Source of the DNA: a bacterium
GTDB lineage: Bacteria; DUMJ01
Reading direction: 5' to 3'
Assembly (NCBI GenBank): GCA_049970495.1
Contig: JBMFMV010000001.1
Location: forward strand, 45,425 to 109,424
DNA: 64,000 nt
How positions within the stretch are numbered: position 1 is the first letter of the stretch; every line of letters starts with the position of its first letter. Shown one piece after another: positions 41,348 to 51,709 of this stretch. The position numbers and the translations under genes are program-made. The notes beneath the pieces are model-generated. The model was not told where the DNA came from and did not search any database. It worked only from the letters and a program-made list of their open reading frames with translations.

Positions 41348-42553
41348 TCAGAGGAGAAAAGACATTATTGCTCCAGAAACTACAGGAACACTTAGGTTAT
41401 CGTCTATTGGAAATGGGAATACCTCAACAACAGAGGCTATAATAGCTCCAGTAACTCCTACCCACAAAGGAAGCATATGTAATAACCACAAAAAATACGC
41501 AGAACTTATAGATATAGAGAGGAACCCAATAAGACCCTCTAGTGTCTTTTTAGACTCTGTGTTAAATATAACGGTCTTACCATAGTTTATTCCCACTATT
41601 TTTGCCATCATATCTCCAAAGACCAAAAAGCTGAGACTTGCTATTGCCACACTCTCTTTAAATAGTAAGAATGTAAGAAGAACCCCCATTAAAAAAGTTG
41701 TTATAGATGATATTCTTTTCCTTTCCTTCTCCTTATAAACCCTGAACCCTTTTGTTATTTCTCTGTCTAAAAGATCTCCTGTTTTCTTATGTAAAAGTCT
41801 CAAAATATCAGTTATAAACGACGCAGAGAGTATCGCCCCTATAAGAGTTATTAGTGCCTTTTTACCTATACCCATCTCAAGAAAAAGGAAGGACATTCCT
41901 GCGGGACGTATAAAGACTCTCCATAAAGGAAGATTTTCACTTTTAATGGTAAACATCTTTAAACGCCTCATATTCATAACACTTACTACAAAGATAAACA
42001 ATATAAGACCTAGGAGTAGAATCAGTTCACTAGAGAATTTGAGTAGTAATATAAGGACCAAAGCAAGCACCGGCAGAATGATAACCGCCAAGAAATTTTC
42101 GTCCCATGTAGAACAGTAAATACAAAGAGTAAAGAATGTAAGATAGACCAGAGAGTTTATTATATCTGAAGGTTTGAGCTCTCTTAATGTTACCTTAACT
42201 AGGGTAAAGATAAATATGCCAGTAGCGGTTGCTACTCCCCTTCCACCTCTAAAGCTTAGATAAAATGGGGCTATATGACCAAGTATTGCAGATATCCCAG
42301 AGAGATATATTATAAATTCTGATGAGTGGAAGAATCTATTGGCTATAAACATAGCCAATAGCCCTTTTGTAGTATCGTAAATGCCTGTCAAAATAGCAGT
42401 ATTAAAACCTAATGATCTTTTAACATTTGTAGTGCCAGGATTCCCATCCCCTAATGTTCGTATATCTATTCCTTTTGTCCACTTTGGAATAAGATAACCA
42501 GGAAGAATGGATCCTAGAAGATAGCCAACGACTAGGGAAAGGATATCTTTCAT
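41348..42553 (-). CDS. PlsY-like acyltransferase fused to CTP_transf_1/SEC59-like (dolichol/phytol/DAG kinase-like) membrane domain
   Basis: YLLGSI, GDGNPGTTN, GHIAPF..FRGGRGVAT; C-terminal GDMMAKIVGINYG, KKTLEG, DDNLSVP. Confidence 0.82.
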   Translation of the reverse strand: MKDILSLVVGYLLGSILPGYLIPKWTKGIDIRTLGDGNPGTTNVKRSLGFNTAILTGIYDTTKGLLAMFIANRFFHSSEFIIYLSGISAILGHIAPFYLSFRGGRGVATATGIFIFTLVKVTLRELKPSDIINSLVYLTFFTLCIYCSTWDENFLAVIILPVLALVLILLLKFSSELILLLGLILFIFVVSVMNMRRLKMFTIKSENLPLWRVFIRPAGMSFLFLEMGIGKKALITLIGAILSASFITDILRLLHKKTGDLLDREITKGFRVYKEKERKRISSITTFLMGVLLTFLLFKESVAIASLSFLVFGDMMAKIVGINYGKTVIFNTESKKTLEGLIGFLSISISSAYFLWLLHMLPLWVGVTGAIIASVVEVFPFPIDDNLSVPVVSGAIMSFLL

Positions 42554-44328
42554 CGTTTTACAACTTTCTCTAAGAAGACTTCTACTAACCTCGGATCAAA
42601 TTGAGATCCGCTACATCTTCTAATCTCTTCTATAGCTTTTTCTAATGGTATTGCTTCTCTATAGGGCCTTTCACTTCTCATGGAAACAAAGGCATCAACA
42701 ATAGAGATAATCCTAGAAAGAAATGGTATATTGTAATCCTTTAATCCTTGAGGATAACCAGAACCATCCCAACGTTCGTGATGACAGAGTATATACTCAG
42801 CTATACCCGCTAGTTCTGGTACTGACTGAACTATCCTATATCCAGCAGATGGATGTTTCTTTATGACCTCCCATTCCTCTTGGGAAAGATGACCTTTCTC
42901 TAAAATTTCTCTCGGTACAATTATCATCCCTATATCGTGAAGTCTAGCGGCAAGTATAAGATTTTCTAACTCTCTTCCAGATAGACCAAGGACCTTTCCA
43001 AACTTATTAGACAGCTCTTCCACTTCTCTGATATGCTCATCTGATTCATAGGTTACCTCACGTAGTTTGTCTAATAGGAATTGCATAATAGATTGCCTTA
43101 TCTGTCTACTTTCTGCCAGTTTTCTTTTGTACATATTGTCTTCTGCATCTTTAAGCACTTCTTCTATAGGTTTTTCATACGTATATTTTATTGCGTATCC
43201 TACTGAGATAGAAAGAGGAATAGGTATAGGATCAGAGAGCTGAGAGTTTTTATAAATCCTTTCAACTATGCTATTTAAAATCTCCTCGGTTATATTTGGA
43301 AATAGTATAACAAACTCGTCTCCTCCCCACCTAGCTATAATGTCTTCTTTTCTACAGGACATCTTTAGTAATTTCCCGGCCTCTATTAAAAACTTATCCC
43401 CTTCTTCGTGACCAAAGACATCATTCACAAGCTTAAGTCCATTTACATCCCCCATCAAGATACCTAATGGTAAAGACCTAGGAGTATCTAATCTTCTAAG
43501 TTCCTCATAGAAGAATGCTCTATTATACAATCCGGTAAGAATATCATGAAAGCTCAAAAATCTCAATCTTTCCTCTAATTCTTTCTTTTCAGTTATATCT
43601 CTCACATGCTCTACAACACCGATTATACTTCCATTATGATTGTGAAGCGGATAGGAATATAATTCTAACCATCCCTTAGCCCCTTCTGGACCAACATATG
43701 GAACTATCGCACTACTTAGGGAGTTGGTTTCCATAGCTCGTATAGTAGGGCAAAAACTACATATAGTATCTCTCTGATGGAAAGCAAAATAACACTTCTT
43801 TCCCTCTAAGGGAGCCATATGAGGGTATAGTTGAACCATTTTGTCATTTACTCTTACTATATTCAAGTCTCTATCCACTACACTTAAACCATCTTGAATA
43901 GCATTAAATATAGAGGATAAGAACTCTTCCTCTTTTTTCAAAGCAAGCTCTATCTGTTTTTTCTCTGTTATATCCTGAACATATCCCTGAAGGATAATTT
44001 TCTCTTCGTCTTTTAACAGAATGGTAACATCAAAGACCCAACGGATATCGTTATCTTTATTTATAATTCTATACTCGCTTCTAGCTGTACAATTTGGTAT
44101 ACTCAGCAATTTATTTCTCTCTTCCTCTATCCTTGATAGATCTTGAGGATGTATCAAATCTCTCCAAATAATCTTCCCACTGTAAAAATCTTCCTTCGTA
44201 TAACCGGTTATCTCTTCTATTTTACCTTCCAGGAATAATACTTTAGATGTACCAAATTCTATCTCATAGAGAAAACCCTGAAAGTTCTCTATAATTTGCT
44301 GAAGCCTCCTATAACTATCAATAGGCAA
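42550..44328 (-). CDS. PAS-PAS-GGDEF-HD-GYP c-di-GMP signalling protein
   Basis: Two PAS/PAC (IHPQD, DITE), RKED I-site + WGGDEF, LHDIG, HHERWDGSGYP. Confidence 0.92.
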   Translation of the reverse strand: MPIDSYRRLQQIIENFQGFLYEIEFGTSKVLFLEGKIEEITGYTKEDFYSGKIIWRDLIHPQDLSRIEEERNKLLSIPNCTARSEYRIINKDNDIRWVFDVTILLKDEEKIILQGYVQDITEKKQIELALKKEEEFLSSIFNAIQDGLSVVDRDLNIVRVNDKMVQLYPHMAPLEGKKCYFAFHQRDTICSFCPTIRAMETNSLSSAIVPYVGPEGAKGWLELYSYPLHNHNGSIIGVVEHVRDITEKKELEERLRFLSFHDILTGLYNRAFFYEELRRLDTPRSLPLGILMGDVNGLKLVNDVFGHEEGDKFLIEAGKLLKMSCRKEDIIARWGGDEFVILFPNITEEILNSIVERIYKNSQLSDPIPIPLSISVGYAIKYTYEKPIEEVLKDAEDNMYKRKLAESRQIRQSIMQFLLDKLREVTYESDEHIREVEELSNKFGKVLGLSGRELENLILAARLHDIGMIIVPREILEKGHLSQEEWEVIKKHPSAGYRIVQSVPELAGIAEYILCHHERWDGSGYPQGLKDYNIPFLSRIISIVDAFVSMRSERPYREAIPLEKAIEEIRRCSGSQFDPRLVEVFLEKVVKR

Positions 44329-44367
44329 TCATTATTCCCCTTTCTTCCTAAAATTCTTTATGCCTTT

Positions 44368-44396
44368 ATTCTATAAAAAAGATAAATCTTTTTCAA
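44368..44396 (-). promoter_or_regulatory. Sigma70 promoter of the GGDEF/HD-GYP-plsY fusion operon
   Basis: Minus strand TTGAAA-17 bp-TAGAAT. Confidence 0.65.
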
Positions 44397-44511
44397 GTAG
44401 AGGTATATTCATAAGTCTATTAATTTTATACTTAAAAATATATTTTAGCTGATATCTACTCATAGTCGACCTAAATTTTAAGACTTTCAGGGAATGCCAC
44501 CCCTGCAAAAG

Positions 44512-44550
44512 TTAAGCCTAGGGTAATTTATTCTCTAACCCTAGGCTTAA
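44512..44550 (-). terminator. Hairpin downstream of GH4 gene
   Basis: TTAAGCCTAGGGT-13 nt-ACCCTAGGCTTAA followed by CTTTT on minus strand. Confidence 0.7.
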
Positions 44551-44573
44551 TATATACAATTAGTCTCTAAACC

Positions 44574-45962
44574 CTACAAAGAAAACGTGCTCTGAAGGTA
44601 TTCCTTAGTATTGTCTATCATTTCATTGAACAATTCTTTAGCCTTATATACAGTTAACCTTTCTATGGCAGGATCATTTAGAAATGCCCTCCTAGCAAGG
44701 TTAAGATCTTTTTCTAGTACAGACCTTACAATTAACTCCTGATTGGTTATATGTCGTATCATTATACTTGCCAGATCTAGTGGTAATTCACCTGCATATA
44801 CAGGACGGACGTCATCTCTAGTAAAGACTGCATTAGTCTCTACAATTGCGCCAATTGGGAGATTGGATACTTGACCTCTATTTGGAAGATTGACATTTGT
44901 TACAAAAGTATCTAGGCCAAAGACGGCTCTCATCTGCATAACACCTTCTTCTCCAGACGGAATTAGTGGTATATCCTTTTGTCCAGAGGCAAATTCTTTA
45001 CTAAGTTCAATCAATCTTTCTCTATTCTTTATTCTCCACTCAACAGGGGTCAAAGAGAATTTCCACCTTCTTACCGTCTCTCTATCGGTAAGATATATAT
45101 GCGGAATAAACTCAGCTAGATGCCTATCTCCAGCTGCTCCTATAAGCCCAAATCTTCTAAATAGATCAAATTTAACCCTATTTGCAGAGGCAAAGTAATC
45201 TCTCTCCCAACGCCCTTTCTCTTTTTCATAACCTTCCTCATAATACTCTTCTATAAATTTATCGTATAAGGGAAACAGGTCAATTGATTTATATGAAGCC
45301 TTATCAAACCAGGTAAAGTGATTTATTCCTAAGACATTAACCTTAATGTCTCTTCTAGAAATCTTAATATCTTCACCATGATAATGCTTAACTACATCTA
45401 CTAGCAATTCCTGTGTTCCAAATACCTCATGGCAACATCCAAATGCCTTTATCTTAGGGAAGACTTCATAAAGCGTCTTGATGCATATAGCCATAGGATT
45501 TGTATAATTAATCACCCATGCGTCTGGGCAGTTCCTCTTTATCCCCTCTGCAAATTCTACGTACATTGGTACTGTTCTCAAACCTCTTATAAGTCCGCCA
45601 GGACCTGTTGTATCTCCTACTGATTGGTATATCCCATACTTCTCAGGGGCATGGACATCTGAATACATCTCCCTAAATGTCCCTGGTAATATCGAAATAA
45701 CTACCAGATCGGCACCATACAAGGCTTCATCAAGTGTCTTTACTGCTACATAACTCCACTTTCCAGAGACTTCTGGTTTATTCGAAATCTTGTTCCCTAT
45801 GATCTCATTAGTCTTAGCAGCCTCATAATCAATATCGTAGAGTCTAACAGTCCCTCTTAAATCTTTTTCAAGTGCCAAATCAGTCATCAATTTCCAAGCC
45901 CAACCCCTTGAGCCTCCACCTATATAAGCAATCTTTATATCTTCTAATACATCCTTACCCAA
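44574..45962 (-). CDS. Family 4 glycoside hydrolase, probable alpha-galacturonidase (LplD-like)
   Basis: YIGGGS, GDTTGPGG, NYTNP, GCCHEV, GINHF. Confidence 0.85.
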   Translation of the reverse strand: MGKDVLEDIKIAYIGGGSRGWAWKLMTDLALEKDLRGTVRLYDIDYEAAKTNEIIGNKISNKPEVSGKWSYVAVKTLDEALYGADLVVISILPGTFREMYSDVHAPEKYGIYQSVGDTTGPGGLIRGLRTVPMYVEFAEGIKRNCPDAWVINYTNPMAICIKTLYEVFPKIKAFGCCHEVFGTQELLVDVVKHYHGEDIKISRRDIKVNVLGINHFTWFDKASYKSIDLFPLYDKFIEEYYEEGYEKEKGRWERDYFASANRVKFDLFRRFGLIGAAGDRHLAEFIPHIYLTDRETVRRWKFSLTPVEWRIKNRERLIELSKEFASGQKDIPLIPSGEEGVMQMRAVFGLDTFVTNVNLPNRGQVSNLPIGAIVETNAVFTRDDVRPVYAGELPLDLASIMIRHITNQELIVRSVLEKDLNLARRAFLNDPAIERLTVYKAKELFNEMIDNTKEYLQSTFSL

Positions 45963-46008
45963 TTTAAACCCTCCAAAAGAGTTTTCTTTTAGAGATATTT
46001 TATCATGT

Positions 46009-46437
46009 CTAAGAAGATCTTATCAGTTTTCCTACGTGTGTACCAGGAAAGACGGTCCTTGCCAGTTTAGGGTCTTCTATCTTTAGTATAGCCACCTCAC
46101 ATATGGAAAGGATTAGGCATCCCTCTTCTAAATGTCCACTGAATGATTTGAAATCTCTATTCACTATAGAGATATGTAGATGTGGTTCACCATTTGCTAC
46201 TATTCCCTGTAAAGAGACAATCTCTAAAGGACCTTCAAACTCTAAAAAATCATCCTTTGGTGGAAAGTCATTAGAAGCTACCATATGGATTCTTGCCTTC
46301 AAAAGACTACCCACTCCGGAAACTACAACCCCTGTATCTAATTTATTATCCTTTATTGCCTTTACAATACTTTTTAACAAATCTTCTCCTCTATCTACCC
46401 GACAAAACAAAAATTGCTTTCCGTCTATTATCTCCAT
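46009..46437 (-). CDS. PPC domain (DUF296) protein
   Basis: GEDLL, SGVGSL, EIVSLQG, HLHISI, GHLEEG. Confidence 0.85.
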   Translation of the reverse strand: MEIIDGKQFLFCRVDRGEDLLKSIVKAIKDNKLDTGVVVSGVGSLLKARIHMVASNDFPPKDDFLEFEGPLEIVSLQGIVANGEPHLHISIVNRDFKSFSGHLEEGCLILSICEVAILKIEDPKLARTVFPGTHVGKLIRSS

Positions 46438-46446
46438 ACTTCCCTC

Positions 46447-47889
46447 CTATCCGAGGACTATAAATACCGTCTTCCACTCAGTAAATAGGTCTATTGCAGT
46501 TGTCCCTTGCTCTCTCTCACCATTTCCAGAAGACTTGATCCCTCCAAAGGGACCATTTATCTCTGCACCTGTTGGAGGGGCATTTATATAAACTACACCA
46601 GACTCTAGAAGTTCCATAGCCTTAAAGCTTTTTTTAAGGTCTTTTGTATATATTGAAGCAGAGAGACCATACTCTGTACTATTAGCTATTTCTATTGCAT
46701 CATCAAAATCCTTTGCCTTCATTATACAAACAACAGGGCCAAAGATCTCTTCCTTTGCAATCTTCATCTCAGGAGTTACGTCTATAAATACCGTAGGTTC
46801 AAAGAAAAATCCCTTAGAAAATTTATCGCCACTTAAAACATTTCCTCCATATTCAAGTCTTGCCCCTTCTTTTATGCCTAAATCTACATAGTATCTTACC
46901 CTATTCAACTGAGACTCACTTACAAGGGGTCCCATATCTGTATCTTTATCCATTCCATCTCCAACTCTTATCTTTTTTACCTTTTCCAAGAACATATCTA
47001 CAAACTTATCGTAGATCCTCTCTTCTACGATAATTCTACTTGCTGCCGTACACTTCTGGCCAGTAGCACCATAAGCTCCCGATACACATCCATCTAAAGC
47101 AGATTCTAAATCTGCATCTTCTAATACTATTACCGGATTCTTTCCTCCTAGTTCTAACCCAACCTTCTTTATCTGTTCCCCACATATAGAACCTATCCTT
47201 CTACCAGTCTCTACAGAGCCAGTAAAAGATACTACACCTACATCAGGATGTTTAACTATCTCCAGTCCTACAGACTCCCCAGAACCCTGTACTAGATTTA
47301 AAACCCCTGGAGGTAAACCTGCATCTTCTAATAATTTTACAAATTGCTGAGCTACTAGTGGTGTTTCTCTTGATGGTTTAAAGATAACAGTATTACCAGC
47401 TATAAGTGCTGGCATAATCTTTCTTACCGGTAGTAATAGAGGAAAGTTCCACGGGGTAATTATACCAGCAACACCTACAGGCTCTCTGAGATAGATAATA
47501 TATTTGTCCCTTTTCTCAGAAGGCACGGTCTCTCCTATTAGTCTTCTCCCCTCTCCTGCAGAATAGTAAACCATATCTATGCTTATCTGAACCTCACCAA
47601 GTGATTCTTTAAGAGTCTTTCCCATCTCTTTTGTAATTGTCTCTGCAAGTTTTTCCTTTTCTTTTTCCATAAGTTTTGCTATATTGAAAAGTATTTTACC
47701 TCTTTCAGGGGCGGGTATCTTTCTCCAGTCTTTCTGAGCCTTCTTTGCACTAGCTACCGCTAGTTCTACATCTTCTTTACCGGACAGGGGAAACTCTCCC
47801 AGTACCTCATCCTTATCGGCAGGATTTATACTTTTAAATGTTCTTCCAGTACTAGCATTTGTTAGCCACTTTCCACCTATATAGTTCAC
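46447..47889 (-). CDS. Aldehyde dehydrogenase
   Basis: ITPWNFP, FTGS, LELGGKN, GQKCTA, EEIFGP. Confidence 0.93.
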   Translation of the reverse strand: MNYIGGKWLTNASTGRTFKSINPADKDEVLGEFPLSGKEDVELAVASAKKAQKDWRKIPAPERGKILFNIAKLMEKEKEKLAETITKEMGKTLKESLGEVQISIDMVYYSAGEGRRLIGETVPSEKRDKYIIYLREPVGVAGIITPWNFPLLLPVRKIMPALIAGNTVIFKPSRETPLVAQQFVKLLEDAGLPPGVLNLVQGSGESVGLEIVKHPDVGVVSFTGSVETGRRIGSICGEQIKKVGLELGGKNPVIVLEDADLESALDGCVSGAYGATGQKCTAASRIIVEERIYDKFVDMFLEKVKKIRVGDGMDKDTDMGPLVSESQLNRVRYYVDLGIKEGARLEYGGNVLSGDKFSKGFFFEPTVFIDVTPEMKIAKEEIFGPVVCIMKAKDFDDAIEIANSTEYGLSASIYTKDLKKSFKAMELLESGVVYINAPPTGAEINGPFGGIKSSGNGEREQGTTAIDLFTEWKTVFIVLG

Positions 47890-48779
47890 TTACTTGCCAC
47901 CTCTATTCCCAAGAGTTTCTCCCATACCTTAATAACTGCAGACTGATTTTCTTCACCGTGACCTAGATTCTTTACTGCAGTGAATAGTTGGCTTGCAGTA
48001 GCACCCATAAATAGAGGGACTTCTACATTTTTTGCAAGGTCCAAAGCTAGATTTATATCTTTACTTGCCAGTTTAGCTTTAAATCCAGGATTAAAATCTC
48101 TAGATAAGATCCCAGGGATTTGGGTCCTCAAGATAAAACTATCTGCAGCAGTATTTATTAGGACTTCATAGAGGACCTTTGGATCTACCCCAAGTTTTGT
48201 CCCTAGGGCAAAAGATTCTGCCACTATTGCCATATTAGATATACTTATAAGATTACCCAGTAGTTTTACTATATGCCCCTGACCATTAGAGCCGACATAG
48301 AATATATCCTTTCCCATAGCTTCTAATACCGGTCTACACTTATCTAAAACTTCTTTCTTTCCTCCAACCATTATGCAGAGATTACCCTCTTGAGCGCCCT
48401 TTACTCCTCTACTTACAGGAGCATCGAGCATTTCTACTCCTTTTTCTCTTAACTTTTCTGCTATCATTACTGTAGACTGAGGCATACTTGTACCCATATC
48501 TATCACAACGCTTCCAGGTTTTATCCCTTCTATAATTCCATCCTTACCAAGGATAACCTCTTCTACTTCTTTAGAACTTGGTAACATAGTAATTACTATG
48601 TTAGATTCTTGGGCAACCCCTTTTGGTGTATTTACCACCTTTGCGCCAAGATCTTTTAAAATATTTACAGGCTCCATATTCTTATGTGGCATAATAACCA
48701 AAGGAAATCCCTTTTTTATTATATTTTTAGCCATAGGAAGTCCCATAGCTCCTAAACCTATAAAACCGACAACCTCCAT
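47886..48779 (-). CDS. Beta-hydroxyacid dehydrogenase (GarR/MmsB/YihU family)
   Basis: FIGLGAMG, DAPVSRG, catalytic K in HIVKL, KDINLA. Confidence 0.9.
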   Translation of the reverse strand: MEVVGFIGLGAMGLPMAKNIIKKGFPLVIMPHKNMEPVNILKDLGAKVVNTPKGVAQESNIVITMLPSSKEVEEVILGKDGIIEGIKPGSVVIDMGTSMPQSTVMIAEKLREKGVEMLDAPVSRGVKGAQEGNLCIMVGGKKEVLDKCRPVLEAMGKDIFYVGSNGQGHIVKLLGNLISISNMAIVAESFALGTKLGVDPKVLYEVLINTAADSFILRTQIPGILSRDFNPGFKAKLASKDINLALDLAKNVEVPLFMGATASQLFTAVKNLGHGEENQSAVIKVWEKLLGIEVASK

Positions 48780-48783
48780 AGTC

Positions 48784-49953
48784 TCACTCTCCTTCATAAC
48801 TAGCTTCTAATATAGATATAAGATCTTCTTTCTTACAAACTCTAGGATTTACAGTCAAATTCCCACTCTTCGTAGCCTCTTGGGCAATTTTATCAAAGTC
48901 CTCCCTCTTTACCCCAACAGACTTTAAACCTTTAGGTAGTCCTATATCTCTTATCAGTTCTTTTACCGCTTTAATAGATTTTAACGCAGTCTCCCTTATA
49001 GTACTCCCGGAAGATTCTCCCATTGCAATAGCAATCTCTGCATAACCCTCTAGATTTCCAGGAAGATTAAACTCCATTACATAGGGAAGGACTAACGCAT
49101 TAGCTAATCCATGAGGAAGCCTAATATCCCAGCTTCCTAAAGGCATAGCTAAAGCATGAGCAATACCTAATCTGGTATGTCTAAAAGACATCCCTGCTAA
49201 TAAACTAGCAAGAAGCATATTGGTCCTTGCCTGCAAGTCTTCTCCTCTAGATACTGCTCTCCTCAAGTTATTTGATATAAGTCTTATACTCTCTAGGGCA
49301 AGAGCTTTTGTAACTGGAGTGGCAACAGTAGTTACATATGATTCAATCGCATGTGTCAGAGCATCCATACCAGTCATTGCAGTTACACTTGGTGGCATAG
49401 AGACTGTAAGTATTGGATCACATATAGCCGCTTTTGGAGTCAAAAGGTCACTCCCTATACTTATCTTTGTCATATCTATACTATTAGTCAGGACAGAAAA
49501 GATTGTTAGTTCACTAGCAGTACCAGAAGTTGTAGGAACAGCTATAATAGGTAGTGGGGCATTTTTGACTTTGTTTATCCCTATATAATCTATGAGTGTC
49601 CCTTCTCTGTTAGTTACTCTCATGGCAACTGCCTTAGCAGAATCCATAGAACTTCCACCGCCGATACCTATAACTACATTACATCCCTCTTTTATAGCCA
49701 TGTCTGTTGCCTTCTCAACTGTAGTATCTAAAGGATTTGGCTCCACCTCGTCAAATATGACAAACTCTATACTATCTTTTGAAAGAATATCCTTTATCCC
49801 TTCTAACATCCCAGAATTTACTATACCTCTATCAGTAACTATAAGAGCTTTAGATCCCCAAAATTCTTTTATCCTTTTACCAAGTTCTTTTATACATCCG
49901 CAACCAAAAACTATGAGTGTAGGAATACTAAACACAAAGTTAAGGTTATTCAT
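48784..49953 (-). CDS. Iron-containing alcohol dehydrogenase
   Basis: GGGSSMD, PTTSGTASE, DALTHAIE, AHAL, HGLAN. Confidence 0.92.
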   Translation of the reverse strand: MNNLNFVFSIPTLIVFGCGCIKELGKRIKEFWGSKALIVTDRGIVNSGMLEGIKDILSKDSIEFVIFDEVEPNPLDTTVEKATDMAIKEGCNVVIGIGGGSSMDSAKAVAMRVTNREGTLIDYIGINKVKNAPLPIIAVPTTSGTASELTIFSVLTNSIDMTKISIGSDLLTPKAAICDPILTVSMPPSVTAMTGMDALTHAIESYVTTVATPVTKALALESIRLISNNLRRAVSRGEDLQARTNMLLASLLAGMSFRHTRLGIAHALAMPLGSWDIRLPHGLANALVLPYVMEFNLPGNLEGYAEIAIAMGESSGSTIRETALKSIKAVKELIRDIGLPKGLKSVGVKREDFDKIAQEATKSGNLTVNPRVCKKEDLISILEASYEGE

Positions 49954-49967
49954 CTCCTACCATCTCC

Positions 49968-51035
49968 TTATAATGGGAATCTAACAGATACTAATTCCCC
50001 AACTTCTCTTAACTCTTTAATAACTTCTGGACTAAGTTGAACCCCTGTCTTTTGGTTTTCCACATATCTTCTAAACTCTATCTCTCCTGGAAGTAATATC
50101 TCATCTACCCCCTTTGCCTTAGGTAAACCCTTTATTTCCTGTCTCATCAATTCAATTCTCTCTTTAAATTCTTCAACTGGACAAAAACTTGCTATATTGA
50201 ATACCATCATAAAATTACCTACGTTCTGTGGCTTAGAAAAATCATCGTATAGAGAACCTATATGTGAGCCGAACTCTGCACCACTCAAGATACCGCTAAA
50301 TATATCTATCATTATGGCTATACCAGAACCTTTAGGTCCTCCAAAAGGTAAGACTGCCCCTTTTAATGCAGATTCTGGGTCTGTAGTAAATTCTCCATCT
50401 GGATCAACCGCCCATCCCTCTGGGATAGTCTTACCCTCTTTTGCTGCTAGAATAATCTTACCCCTAGCAACAATACTGGTAGCCATATCTAAAAGAATAG
50501 GGGGGAAGTTTTTTGTTGGTACTCCAAATGCTATCGGATTTGTCCCAAGGTATGGGACCCTTGCTCCCCATGGAGCCATAGTAGATGGAGCATTTGACAT
50601 GACTATCCCAATCATATCTCTTTCTATAGCCTTTAAGGCATAGTAACCAGCACATCCAAAGTGTGTAGTATGTCTTACCCCTACAACTCCGACTCCAACT
50701 TTATTTGCCTTTTCGATAGCTAACTCCACCGCTTTGACACCAACAACTTGCCCTAACCCATTGTCCCCATCTAAAACTATCATAGAAGGGGTCTCTCTAA
50801 TAACTTTTATATTGGGTTCTGCATTTACTAACCCTGTCTGCAATCTTTTAACATATATGCCTAAACGAGTTACCCCATGTGAATTTATCCCCATAAGGTC
50901 TGCCCACACAAGATGATCTGATACTATATCTGCAGATTTTTTAGGAACCCCAAGTCTCACTAAGACGCTAGAACAAAATTCCTTCAAAAGTTCAGCATCT
51001 ATTTTAGAAGTTACCTGAGTCTCTACATTTTTCAT
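49968..51035 (-). CDS. Ldh_2 family oxidoreductase (AllD/ComC/YiaK-like 2-hydroxyacid dehydrogenase)
   Basis: GINSHG, DGDNGLG, HFG, GTNPIA, DMATS, GGPKGSG, LPGE. Confidence 0.9.
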   Translation of the reverse strand: MKNVETQVTSKIDAELLKEFCSSVLVRLGVPKKSADIVSDHLVWADLMGINSHGVTRLGIYVKRLQTGLVNAEPNIKVIRETPSMIVLDGDNGLGQVVGVKAVELAIEKANKVGVGVVGVRHTTHFGCAGYYALKAIERDMIGIVMSNAPSTMAPWGARVPYLGTNPIAFGVPTKNFPPILLDMATSIVARGKIILAAKEGKTIPEGWAVDPDGEFTTDPESALKGAVLPFGGPKGSGIAIMIDIFSGILSGAEFGSHIGSLYDDFSKPQNVGNFMMVFNIASFCPVEEFKERIELMRQEIKGLPKAKGVDEILLPGEIEFRRYVENQKTGVQLSPEVIKELREVGELVSVRFPL

Positions 51036-51709
51036 TCTTCCTCTGTCAATCCCTCTCTTTCTAATACCTGCCTTAAGTTTAATAGGTCAATAGTAAGTTT
51101 ACCCTGTCTTAGCTCCTCTATAACTTTTTTCTCAAACCTTTCTCTCTCCTCCGCCTTCTTTATAACCTCTTCTGCATCTTCCTTTTTAACCACTACAACT
51201 CCATCTGCATCTCCTAAAACTATATCTCCAGGATTTACAATAACCCCTGCACAGGTAATAGGGTGATTGATATAACCCAGTAACTTCTTAGTAGTGGCCT
51301 TTATAGATATTGACCTACAAAATACTGGAAATCCCAAAGCTTTTATTGCCTGAGTATCCCTAACCCCTCCATCTATTATAAGTCCTTTGATACCTCTCTC
51401 CATTGCTGCAACAGTAGCTATTTCTCCCCATGCCCCAGCTTCTTCATAGTCTCCAATATTCACAACCAGAATATCTCCAGGCTGAGCTACCGATATAGCT
51501 TTATGAAGCATTAGATTATCTCCAGCACGAGATAAAACCGTAACAGCAGGCCCACAGAGTTTCATATTTTCATCTATCGGCTTTATATATGATAGCATTG
51601 CCCCCTTCTGTCCGTTTGCCTCATAAACTGTGGCTGAAGAAAACTGAGATAGCCTTTCAATTAATTCTTGACTGACTCTTTCAATTCTTTTTATCACATT
51701 TGGCTTCAT
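51032..51709 (-). CDS. RraA/HMG-CHA aldolase family (LigK/GalC-like)
   Basis: SATVYEA, GPAVTV, GDNLMLH, WGEI, DGGVRD, PGDIVLGDADGVVV. Confidence 0.88.
   Translation of the reverse strand: MKPNVIKRIERVSQELIERLSQFSSATVYEANGQKGAMLSYIKPIDENMKLCGPAVTVLSRAGDNLMLHKAISVAQPGDILVVNIGDYEEAGAWGEIATVAAMERGIKGLIIDGGVRDTQAIKALGFPVFCRSISIKATTKKLLGYINHPITCAGVIVNPGDIVLGDADGVVVVKKEDAEEVIKKAEERERFEKKVIEELRQGKLTIDLLNLRQVLEREGLTEEE

Noticed and set aside
44400..44510. Possible c-di-GMP or other riboswitch upstream of the GGDEF/HD-GYP gene (small CAGGG/CCCTG hairpin)
   Set aside because: No recognisable GEMM or other riboswitch consensus, and it lies upstream of the predicted promoter; may be a decayed gene fragment
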